Positions 1 through 12,600 of a stretch of 64,000 nt of DNA are shown one piece after another. The number at the start of each line of letters is the position of its first letter. Positions within the stretch are counted from its first letter, which is position 1. The DNA comes from Hemiscyllium ocellatum (lineage: Eukaryota): positions 12,150,006-12,214,005 of the forward strand of contig NC_083448.1 in the NCBI RefSeq assembly GCF_020745735.1, read 5' to 3'. Position numbers and translations under genes: made by a program. Below the pieces are notes generated by a model. The model did no database searches. It saw nothing but the letters and a program-made list of their open reading frames with translations, and was not told where the DNA came from.

Positions 1-574
1 GTAACCAACATTTATATTTTGAAATCCAAACTCCAAAGAATAATAGGTATACAAATAAATGACATGCCTTTCATCGCAGCTGAGATCATATTTCAAGTTA
101 TGGTGGAATCTAGCTGTAGTAACAACTTAAAAAGAATGGGTCCCATTCAAGACAGAGACAAGGAAGAACTTCTTCTGGAAAGGATGATTAACATTTGGAG
201 TCCTCTTCCACACAGTGCAGTAGAGTCAGGATTATTATTATGTTCAAGGCTGAGTTAGACAGATTTTTAAGCAACATTGGATCAAGGGTTCTGAGACGAG
301 CAAGCAAGAAAGACCACAATCTGACCAATAATAATTTCATTGAATGCTGAAGCAGGATCATGAACTAAAAAGAATGTTCTTGCTCCTATTTCTTATGATA
401 TTCTTTCATATGATCTCCAAAACTTATTACCATGGGAAGGGAGAAACGAGCATCGCAAAATGGATCTTGCAGTCCTAACGGTACTTGTAATCCATTTGTG
501 GGCACTTCATACCAAGAAGAGAACCTTATTTTACTGGATTACAGAATCATGGATTTTCTAAATTCAGGACTCAC

Positions 575-670
575 CCCTCGCCTTTTAATTGCATCACGAA
601 GCAACCCCACCACATTGTTCCCCTCAGCTCCGGATGCTTTAAACCCTTTCGTCCAGTTCAAAAGGATCCC
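575..670 (-). CDS. GCK: GCK exon 5
   Basis: cag/[32 protein letters not shown]/gtgagt, 96 bp. Confidence 0.96.
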
Positions 671-3600
671 CTGTGAAGAAATATCAATGTGGTCAAATAT
701 CATGCATTGTTCTCCAGGAAGCAATATGTTTTGAACATGTAGCAGCCACTTTTGTCTAAGTGCAGAAATACAGTCAACAACTGGTGAAGCACAACTAAAA
801 GACTATTGTAGGCGAGACACTCGAAAAAGTAAATGCCCACAGATCTACCATGTAAACAGAGATTTGCATTCTCTGTGTTTGGGATGCATTGAAGGCCCAT
901 CCCAATAATGAGTTCAGATTCGGATGGCTTTTGAAAAACCCAGAACCTTGGTAATAAAACTTTGGCATTATACGTGATCGTGACTTTTATCGTATGTGCC
1001 CAACACTTCAAACACATGAGACTGATGCAATCTTACAGACAATCCATGCTGTCTCACCTTGTCAATATCCTCATGACGGACAGGAAATGAGAATGTGAAT
1101 CCCAGTGGCAGCTTCTTGTCTTTCATGTTGTGTTGGTCCAGGAAGTTGGAGATACACAACGCAATGTAATCAAAGAGCTGGCAGAAAACAAATAAATGAT
1201 GTTAGAAACAGCTATTATAATCACAAATGACAGAGGATAGAAACAAGTGTGCAGATATGCAGTATGTTTCAGTCAAACAGTTTCTGATCTTTCTTGAGAA
1301 TAAATATGCAGAATACAGAAGAAACATGTTGCAGCAACTTTTTACCTGGTGGTTATCAAGGTCAAAACAAGAATGTCAATATTCAAATAAATTTAAATTT
1401 CAAACAATCTCAACAATTTAGAACACTGGAAAAGAAACTGCTCAATGATTGTCAAGTGAGCTCTCTGATTTTTAAAGTATTCCAGTGGAGGTAATCATCG
1501 GGAATAATTGGTTTCCCCATATTCCTGAGTAATTCAAAACATGTGTAAGACTTGAACAGATTCGGAAATGCAGAAATAAAATCAAGAACAGTTGCACAAG
1601 GATGAGCAGTTAAATCAGACTGTACCATTGGGTAAGTGCGTGGATCCCCGGTACGCAAACACCAAGTGTCACTACGTACTGAGGTTCTACCTGTCCCCGG
1701 TGTTGCGAAGGATGGGCCTGGCCACGCTGCCGCGGAACACTCCAAGTAGTTGGACCGTTCCGTACCACCTGTCCTTCGTGGAGAAATTTTTGAAGAAAAA
1801 ACACCTTTGACCACAAGTCCATCAGGAAGTGGTCAGCACGTAGCGTCCTTGAGACCCTTCGGGAAAAGGAGAGGGCGGATCCTGTTGAGTGGTTCCCTGA
1901 GCAGACTGTCAAAGCAATTTGGCAGAATGCCTCATCGCCAGAACTTTCCAACAAGCACCAAGACATGGCTTGGCTGGTGGTGAGAAGGGCTCTGTCTGTG
2001 AGATCCTTTATGCACACCCGGACTCTCTGTCGCACCGCACGCTGCCCTCGAAGCGGCTGCAGGGGTGGGGGGGGATGAGACTGACACACACCTCCTTTTG
2101 GAATGTGCCTATGCAGAGGAAGTCTGGAGAGGAATGCAGTGGTGTTTGTCGAGGTTCGTCCCGAGCAGTGCCGTGACGCGGGACTCCGTGCTCTACGGCC
2201 TGTTCCCCGGGACGCACACCAAGACGAACATCAACTGTGCCTGGAGGATCATCAACTCGGTGAAGGACGCTCTCTGGGCGGTCCGAAACCTGTTGATCTT
2301 CCAGCTGAAGGAGTTGACCCCAACTGAGTGTTGCAGACTGGCACATTCCAAGGTCCAGGACTACGTGTTGAGGGACGCGCTGAAGCTTGGGGCAGCTGCC
2401 GCCAAGGCGCGGTGGGGAAAGACCACCGTTTAACCTCTGCCTGCCTAAAGAAGATCAGGGGGCCCATACAGTCATTTGGGCTCTGCTGACACCTCAGCTC
2501 AATATATGGGCATATGAGTGAGAAATGCACAGACCTGTATATAATAATGATAATTCTGAGCTGTGTATGTACATGTTGACATATGTATGGCATTACCTAA
2601 TGTACAGTCCATCAAATTAAGTTATGAATATTTTATGAATAAAGTATATTTTTGAAATTAAAAAAAAGTTTATAAACTCTTACCATTTCTGCTGTGCCAG
2701 TCATGACAGCAATTGGAATGGAGTACCTCTGGTTACTGGTTATAATTTTCCAACTCCGGTTCTCATCTTCGCCTACTTTCACCAGCATCACGCGGAAATT
2801 TGTGCCTCCCAGATCCAGCGCCAGGAAATCACCCACCTCTGTGTGTGAAGGACAAGGGAAGATTTGTCACTCAATGTACATGCATGCATTGAAAAGAATG
2901 CCTAATTGCAAAGAAACACCAAACTGGCTGAGAGAAAGCAGTTTACAACTCAGCTAAGAGAGAATGCTGGAATACTCAGCAAGTTGAGCAGAAACTGCAT
3001 AAATAGAAGTGTGAACATTTCAGGTGAAGGTCTTTCAAAGCAACTCTTACTTTTCAAGGTTCAAAAGGAATTCTGAAACAGCTCTACAAAATAAGAGAGA
3101 TCTTGGAACAGAATTAAACAAAGAAACTCTTTCCAGTGTCCTGGACAAAACTTGTCCCTCAAACAACTTAACTAAAACATTCTAACTGTTTACTTACTGC
3201 TGTCGTGGGAACTTTCTGTACACAAAGTAGCTTATCTATTTGCCTGCAATGCAACAGGGATTAGACTACAATCGGCTGTGAGTTCTGAATATCTAAAAGA
3301 CATGAAAAGATTCTGACTTAATACAAACTTTTTTGTTTTCTTTTGCAGTATGTGCAAAGCAAAATCACACATTTGGCAGAGAAGAAGAATGGGAAAAAAA
3401 GTGTTATGCACGCACTATATTGAATGATGACATTTGGATCAGAATGCTACCTTCCAGCACTGCACATTGCTCCAATCTCATGAGACCACTGAACTGTTCA
3501 GCTATTAAGTAGCTGTCACATATTGACGATAACAATAAATCAAGTACAGTAAGCTAGAATTTGATTGTTCCAGTGCGAAGGTTATAAGCAGACTCAAGTT

Positions 3601-6600
3601 GTTCATAAAAGACTTTATACAATGTTTAGAAGGGTAGCATGTTTTCTTATAATGATTTTGCAATTAATTATGTGTTGGGTCAATATTTTTCAGCAACTTA
3701 GTTTTTTCTACCTGAGCCATCTGGTGTAGAACGTACGTAAGTAGGCAGCATCTTGACACTGGCTGTTTTATGAGTTTCAAGCCGCAGACCTTTCTCCATT
3801 TCCTGCTGTATTCTCCGCATCACTTCCAGCAGCTCCTCTTTCTCAAGGTGAAATTCTGACAAAATCTGCTGCACCTAATAAAGAGCAACAGATGGAAGCT
3901 AGGTAATACATGTGGGCGGTCATGTGATGAAATCCATTTCCAGCATTCGATGAGAATATAATGTTCAGGGTTCACTCAAGGCTGCAGTATTTGGCTGTCT
4001 CCAAATGTCAGTGACATTCAGTTCTGCGCATCAATTGAGGAAGGGCTATTGCAAGGTTTATAAAAGGTCACTTAGGATAGCTCTGGAGGTAATTGAAGAC
4101 GAGTTCCAAGGTTATAGTTGGGAAAGTTAGGAAGATGTGAGAGTGAGAGAGAGAACTGAAAACTCCATGGAAGTGTTGTGACAGTTCATTGTGTTGCTGG
4201 AAAGGCAGCTGAACATTACAGATTCTGAGAGGAGTGAAGAGTAGTTGGATCAGATTTTTGGTGTGAGGGGTCAGGAAGAAATCTGAAGAGCTCATGTGCA
4301 ATTAAGGGTTGGAGTCAGGAACCAGAAGAAATCCTGAGGAGCTCAAAAGGTGGGAGGATCACTGCTTCTGTGTTAGGGAAAGTCATGTGGTGCTTAGAAG
4401 AAGCCTGCAACCATTGATACTTCAGTGCAGCTGGGAAATTTGGACTTGGAAAGCTCACAAACAATATTTATTCAATGTAACTGAGCTACGTTGGAGCAAG
4501 GGGGAAAATGTAGGAGTGGGCCTGGCTTTCAGCAAAGAGCTAGAGTTAAACTTGTTCATAAGTGCTGGAATACAGTTTTGGAGTCCAGGGGAACTTCAAC
4601 CCAAGGAAGGATGGTGATCAACAAGAACAGGAGTGGTCACTGAGGCAGTCCATGAGAGAGCAGATCTCAAGAGGGAGTTTCAAGGTCATATCTGCACAAG
4701 TGAAGAACTATGATCCCTTGTGAAGTTTGAGGAGATTTCTTGTCCCATCCTGACACTAATACCCAAGGGGAGGTTGGGGCAGGTAAGGAGGAGGGATTGC
4801 TGTGATATTTGTGGTATCTATCTTGATGGCATTGGTTACTTGATGCACATGGGTGTAGTTTTTCATGACAGCCAATATTAATCATATTTTAGGTGTTCAT
4901 TCTGGGTGTTGTACACATAATGTGTTACTGTTCTAAGGTTGCACAGTGAAGTGTAGCGTCGTTTGTTCACAATCATTGAACCTTTTGTCTTTAATTCTCT
5001 AAGCCCCCTGTATCTCACACTTTGGCTACTTTCAAGTTAAAAGTTCCTGATCCTGGGCCAGATCACACCAAAATTTGGTAATATGGCCTGGGAGTGTAAT
5101 TGAATGAAAGAGCTTGTGCTTCACATGTAAGACAAGATTTCATACAACTTGCATTTTTATATTACCTTTTGTGAAGAAAACTGTCTCAAGCCATTGTACA
5201 AGACAAATTCAAAAAGAACAATTGATACTATGCTGTACACAAGGACTATCAAGGCAGATGTCCAAAATCTTGCTCAGCAATAGATTTTAAGCAGCATCTT
5301 CCAGGAAGAAAATGGGAGAAGTACAGAGAGGGAATTCTAAGCTTTGAGTTGAACATTTGAAAGCCTGTCCTTTTTTTATTAATTCATGGGATGTGGGCAT
5401 CACTTGGCAGCATTTATTGCCCCTCCCTAATTGCCCTGAGGGCAATTCAGAGCCAACCACATTGCTGTCGAGAGTCGCATGTAGGTCAAACCAGGCAAGG
5501 CAACGATGGCAGCTTCTTTCATGATAGGACATTAGTGAACCAGATGGGTTTTTCCAACAATCAACAATACATTCATGATCATCAGTAGACTCTTACTTCC
5601 AGATATTTTTATTGAATTCAAATTCCACCATCTGCCATGGCAGGTTGCGAATGTGGGTCTCCAGAACATCACCAGGATCTCTGAATTAACAATCAAGTGA
5701 TAATGCCACCAGGCCATCACCTCCCTGAATAGCAGAGTGATTATGTCTATGAATGATCATGAATAGCAGTGTGATTATAATCAGAGGTCAGCAAGGAGCC
5801 ACAACTGTAGGGCCATGGATATCTGAAAGCCTTGCGAAAACGGAGAAATTTGAAGCCAATAATCCATTCAGGCTAATATAAAACTAAGGACTGCAAATAC
5901 TGGAGATCTGAACTAAAAGCAGAGATGACTCTCCACAGATGCCACCAGATCTGCTGAATATCTTCAGTCTTTTCTGAATCTCTTCAGGCTCTTCATTCAT
6001 GTTATCCAAAAATAACCTCACTTGTTCTTTCCACAATTCCCTATATATCTTTGCTTCAAATATTTATCTAATACCACTGAGAAAGGACCAAATGAAGCAC
6101 AAAGTGAAGCATTGCATGTTTACGCAATATACATAACTGATAATGCTGGCTTATCACTATTATTGCTGTGCACAGATGGACAAGAAACATCGGAATAATA
6201 TGTACCAACTATGGTATGGATAAGCTGACAGCAGTACATTTGGTCATCAAGGAATCTCATGGTTATATTCTTGACAGCATTAACTAAAGAAATATGTCAA
6301 GAATGACACATTCTAGAGATGCTCAAAATCTTCTTATGACATAGCGGTACGATGACAATGCTTGATCACACTACCTTGGTCTAAACCAATTCAATGAGAT
6401 GGGTAAGTCGTATTCCCATGAAAATAGTTCACATTATTTGGAACAAAATAATACTGGAATATCAGACACAGCAAAACAAGAAACAAGAGGAGGTCATTCA
6501 GCTTCTCAAGTCCATTCTGCCATCATCGACTTCATACCTGATGTGCAACCAAACACCATTTGCCCCAGTTGCTACCTTTGGTTAACAAGAATCTATCAAT

Positions 6601-9600
6601 TTAGGGTTTAAACTCACAATTTATCTGACATTCGATGATGTTCACAGAAGAAAGTTCCAAACCTCTGTCATTCTTTCTGGGCAAAAGGGTTCCCGAGATT
6701 CAGACTGAGAGGTCAAGCTTCAATTTTTGGAATATGACCCATTCCACCTGGATAGCCGTTCTCAATCTTCCTCATCCATTCCACTTCACTGTTTTACTTC
6801 CAGTGAAGACAATCCTACTTGTCAATTAACATTTGGACAGCTGCCCTGTGCAATTGTGGCTCAGTTATAAGCCTCTGAAACAAAAGATCCTGGGTTCACA
6901 TTGCACTTCGGGAGGACTTGAGGACAAAAGTAAATGCAAACTATTCAGTGCAGTATGATGGTGCAGTGCATCATTACAGTTGCTGTCTTTCAGCTGAGTT
7001 GCTAAAACAAGGCCCTCTTGGTCTATATGGTGGGGATAAAGCTTGACATGGCACTATTTTGGACAAGAGCATATAGAGTTTTCTTGTGTCCTGGCCAACA
7101 AGTCTCACTTAAACAATACCACAGAAAAAAGCAGATTATCTGGTCGTGATCACATTCTCATTTGTGGGAGTTTACTGTGCTATTCAATAATTACAACAGT
7201 GAAAACACTTCAAAAAGTATTGAATTGATTGCAAAACTGGCATCCAATGATTATGAAATGTCCTTTATAAGTACAAACCTTTGTGTTTGAAAACACTTAC
7301 AATGGATCATTTATTGTGGTGTTCAACAGCATATTATGTGAACTTTTTGGGAAAATATGCCACATGTAGCACGGTCACTAATTTGAACAGGTGATGCCAC
7401 AGAGACCTTGTCTGCTGTGTTTGCTAGAGATAAACTACAGTAGTGACACCAGATGCAGGCTGGGTGCTTACTTTCTGCATCACCTCCAATCTGTCCATAA
7501 GTGTGTCCCCACTTGGCATTTTAGTATATCAATTGCACCGAGATGAATATTTCTGTCCTTAACCTACTGTAGTCTGCAGCAAAACTGAACACAAACTGCA
7601 AGAACTGTACCTTTTCCACTATAGCACTTTACGGTCTTCAACTGAAGACATTGAAACCTATTCTTCACTATAATTACACACTCTTTTCCCCAAAATGTTG
7701 CTTGCATAGATTTGCCTCAGCAATGCTGACCTATTTTAATTTATTAACACACACCATGAATAATGTTTGTTTACACCTCTGCTCTACTCCCATTCATAGC
7801 CATTTTGCTTCTTGCTCTGGGACTCTCACCATCTGTTTTTCTTGTTCCTCCTCCCCCTTGTTAACAGCCACAAAATCCAATATTCAGTTCCAATTAAGAG
7901 TTGCACAGAACAGGAAAAGTTAACCACATTTCCATCTCCGAAGATGCTGCCAGATCTGCTCAGATTCTCCAGAACTTTCTGTTCTTCATTTCAGATTTCT
8001 CGCAGCCACATTATTTGATGCAACAGAGTGACTAAAGCTTGATTCAATTATGCAGTCTGCTGAATTCTCAACTCCACTCTGCTGGTACATGTGCCTTCTC
8101 ACAGCAAGGATACATGCATTTTGCAAGAATCTCGTTTGATGACCTTCAATCTGTGGTCCCAAAGTGACAATTTTTGCAGCACAGGTTGATGGACAATGAT
8201 GGACAAAGTAAGATGCTCTTAAATTAGCAGGCAGCTTTTGTGAATCATACTGGAAAATTACTTTATGTATAGCAGTTCCTTTTATTATAATCTTCTATGA
8301 TGCACACCACTGGCACATCGTTATTGAAAACTCAGCTTCGTCCTCCCTGTAATTTTACAACCTCCATAGAATTCTTCATCTTGTGAATTTTGTGATTCCC
8401 AAACTGTCTCCCACCCAAGTAGTATATAATATAAAACTAAATGCTTCTGTTAATGTTATTAATTAATAAGAATCGCACTATGCTCATGTTGCATCATCTG
8501 AATTGCTTGTAATGCATCTTTACCTCTGTGCATAAAGGTCTGAATTCAAGTCACACCTGCCGCAAAAGTGTGCCTTAACATATTTGAACAGACTGATTGC
8601 GAAATTAATTTTTAAGAATTTATTTCCAGCAGTTCAGCTGGTCTGTGGAAGGAAATAATAGTTTGTTAGGAGAAAGTGAGGACTGGAAAGTCGGAGTTGA
8701 AAAGTATGGCACTGGAAACGCACAGGTCAGGCAGCATCTGAGGAGCAGCAAAGTGGACATTTTAGGCATAAGCCCTTCATCAGTAGCGTGGAGTGGGAAG
8801 GAGGCTGAGAGATAAATAAGGAAATGGGCGTGGGGCTGGGGGAGGAAGGTAGCTGGGAAGGCGAGAGGTGGATGCAGGTGTAGGGGGAAATAGTGATAGG
8901 TCAGTGGGGAAGGTAGAGCAGATAGATAGAAGAAAAGTGGACAGGTAGGACAGGGCAAGAGGGCATTGCTGAGTTAGAGGGTTGGAAGTGGGAAGAGGTG
9001 TGGACGGTTTTGGGGAGATTTGGAAACGAGTGAAGTCAATGTTGATGCCGAGTAGTTGAAAGGTCCCTAGGCAGAAGATGAGGCGCTCTTTCTCCAGTTG
9101 TTGGGTGGCTTGGATATGGCAATGGAGGAGGCCCAATACTTGCATGTCCTTGGGGGTGTAGGAAGGGGAATTGAAGTGGTTGACCACAGGGAGGTGGGAT
9201 TGTTTGGTCCATGTGTCCCAGAGTTGTTCTCTGAAATGCTCTGTGAGTTGGCATCCTGTTTCCCCTGTGTTGAGGAGACCACATTGAGAGAAACGGACAC
9301 AGTGGATCATGTGCAGGAAACGCTCTGCCGAATGTGAAAAGATCCTTTCGGGCCTTGGGTGGGGGTGAGGAGGGAGGTGTGAGCGCAGGTTTTACATCTC
9401 TTGCAATGGCAAGGGAAGGTGCCGGGAATGAAGGAGGGTTGGGGCGGGTGGTGGACCTAATGAGGGATTCACGGAGGGAATGATCTCTGCTGAACACAGA
9501 TAGGGGTAGGGAGGGAAATATATTTCTGGTGGTGGGGTCTGATAGTAAGTGGCAGAAATGGCACTTTCCAGAGATAGAAATGCTCTATCCAGAGATGAGT

Positions 9601-12600
9601 GAGGTGTAAGGTGAGAACTGGGGGGGTTTATCCTTGTTGTGGTTGGAGAGATGGGGTTCAAGGGCAAACGTGCGAGAAGTGAAGGAGATGTGCTGGAGGG
9701 CATTGTTGATCACAGGGGAGGGGAAATTGCTGGTCTTGAAAGGGGAGGCCATTTGTGATGTCCTGGAGTGGAACTGCTCCTCCTGAGTGCAGATACGGTG
9801 GAGGAGGAGGAATTAGGAGTAAAAGATTCTGGTTTTACAGGAGGAAGAAGGTGTTGTCAAGGTAGCCGTGGGAGTCAGTGGGTTTGAAATTGTTGTCCAT
9901 GTTGAGTCAGATGCTGGAGATAGAGACGGAGAGGTCCAGGAAGGGGAGGGAGGTGTCAGAGATGGTCCATGTGAATAGCAGCCTGCTGTTGTGCTGCACT
10001 GAATATTGCAAAAAAAAACCCTGTGAGAAAAACGGATTGGCTCCTGCTTCTTCCTCTGCCAGATGGATATGATTGCATTATACTCCATTCCTGTAAATGT
10101 CTGAATTTAATTCTTAGCAACAAACCATGTTTACACATGAACTTCTTGACACACATCTGGTTGTGCTGTGAGCTGACAAAGTTATTTGGTAATTTATCAC
10201 TAAACAGGACAGTCAATCAAAGGTAGATGCTTGCAGCGTGATCAATTTTTCAGACTTTCAGTACAGCAGAGGTGATTATGGAAAGCTTCCAGCTGATTTA
10301 TGATACCAGATGATGGCAACAATTTGACTCCTGGAGCACAGCCGTTCCTTATGTCCATATAATTAGCTTGATACCGTGGTGATAGATTTACAATGTGAGA
10401 AACTGATTGAAGCAGTATAGTAGATGGGTGCCGTAAAAGTCGAACATCACACAAGCAGTAAACTACAGTGGCAATGTAAAAAATATTATGAATGTTTTGA
10501 GACATCGAACACAACTCATTGTCATGGTATATCAGAATTATGATTTGAAACTTCTCTCAACACTTCAGTTTCTATTCACATCACAAAGGCGGTTACTTTA
10601 TGAAAGAAAGAATATATAGTTTGTGTTTTTTTCAACCATAAGAATCCAATATGTTTCACTTAGCGGGGAGTAATGGCCAAATGGTTTTGCCATGAGACTA
10701 ATGAACCAGAGACCAGGTTATGTTCTGGGGACCTGGGTTCGAAACCCACCAAAAACATGATGAAATTCAACACATAATAATGAATTGATTGACAAAAAAC
10801 ACAGCTGGTTCAGTGATGTCCTATAGGAAGGAAATCTGTCAAACTCCTTGGTCTAACCCACATATGACTGCAGACTCATAGTAACATGCTTGAGGCTTGA
10901 CTGTCCTCTGAAATGACTGAGCAATCCAGAACTTGCCGTACATGTAGCTGAACTTTTCTAGCACAGGTACAACACTGGCATCAACCAACAATGTCTGAAG
11001 TTACTCAAGTATTTCCTGTACACAAGAAGTAGGATAAATCGAACTAATTACTGTCCTATCAGTCTCCTCCTTCAGTGTTGTTGGGTCCACATCCTGCAAC
11101 TCCATTTCAAAAGGTATTGTTGGTCTACCTGCACCAAATGGATCTCAGAGACTATCACTCTAGCCCTTCCTCTTTTTGTTGCAAAAAATGGAGCTCTGCA
11201 TTTCTGAGAGCACATTCCACTCAAAACTCCCTCAGAAATGAGAAACTGTACTTGCATTCTGATGGTTCTTTCAAAGTGCAGAGCTGTTAAGGGTAAGCTA
11301 AGTGCACTTCCTTGTCATCGTAGTCAGCAGTATTCTGAAATGTAAAGTTTCCAGTAGCTACTTTTACAGCTGCTTTCAAACTATAAATCCAGAAGGCAAG
11401 TACTGTCGACTGCTAGGTCCGTAGGTCCCATGGGAGGTGCCATGTGTAGAATCCCAGACAGATAGAAGAGAGAGAGAGGGTGCCACATTACGTAGTATGG
11501 AGACAACATTCCCCACCAAATTCCCTTTGGTCACATCTCTTTGATTATGGCATTGCATCAGAATCACAGTTTCACGAAAAAGTGCACAATTAAATTCCTT
11601 CATGAAAATTCAATGGTGGGACAAAATCACAAACAACAGGGTCCACACCAAGGTCAACAGACCTACCAGGAGGCAAGCGCTGAAATCTGGCTCTGAATAT
11701 CCAAGGACCTGCATCCAACATCCAACTGTCCACAGGAAGGCCAGAAATGTTACAGCTGCATAAGGTTACCCAAGTCGCCTCCAAGGCCAATATGAAGTGC
11801 TTTTCAGTCACACGATGTGTCTGAAAGCACTCAATTGTAAAGATTAGCATCACACAATTCAAGTGCAATACAGAGGAACGGTGTGAAGACTGAGTCAATA
11901 CAGAGAGGCCTTTGACATATCTTAACAGTGGGAATGAAACTACCTGAACTGAATAGACAAGTAAATGCAACAAATGAGACCATGGGTTTCACAGAAGTAG
12001 GACTTGATCATCAAAGTTAAGTGACAATGCTTTGATTTAAGATAAGTATCACCAATGACCTTTTTGAAGTGTCATATACCTTAGTTGGCAAGACACTAAA
12101 TGTTGATGATCATGTTGTGTGATGGAGAGCATATGATAATTAAAAAGGAAACAGCAAATAAGTTTAGATGTTTGAAACATGGAAACAGAAAGTGTTTGAA
12201 AAAAATTAGAGGGCTGAGAGAAACACTGGGCAGAATCTTAATGTAGGCTTTGGCATCTTGACTAAAGATCTTGACGACAGCCCACACTTGCTTTAGCAAG
12301 GTCCGTTCAGCAATCTTTAGGGAGATTCCCCAGCTACACAGGTTCAACTGCAGACAGGATTAACATGCTGCTGGCCCCGAGCACTGGAAGCCCCAACTAG
12401 ACAGTTGAGTATGGAGAGGACTCTGTGAAGGGGCTTTCTAACCTGCAGGTCCCCCTTGAGAGTGTGAAGCCTTCATCTCCAATGTAGCGCGGATCAAGAC
12501 TGCCACAGGGCCACTTTGGGTGGTCACTCACGCTCTCTGCTGGCTTTTAAAACTTTAAACTAGCTGTCGACCTCTGCTTGGAAAAATGTGACCAACAGCT

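Noticed and set aside
575-3874. Hexokinase HK1/2/3/HKDC1 instead of GCK
   Set aside because: [30 protein letters not shown] and the exon sizes are GCK-specific, and the 15-codon first exon matches GCK.
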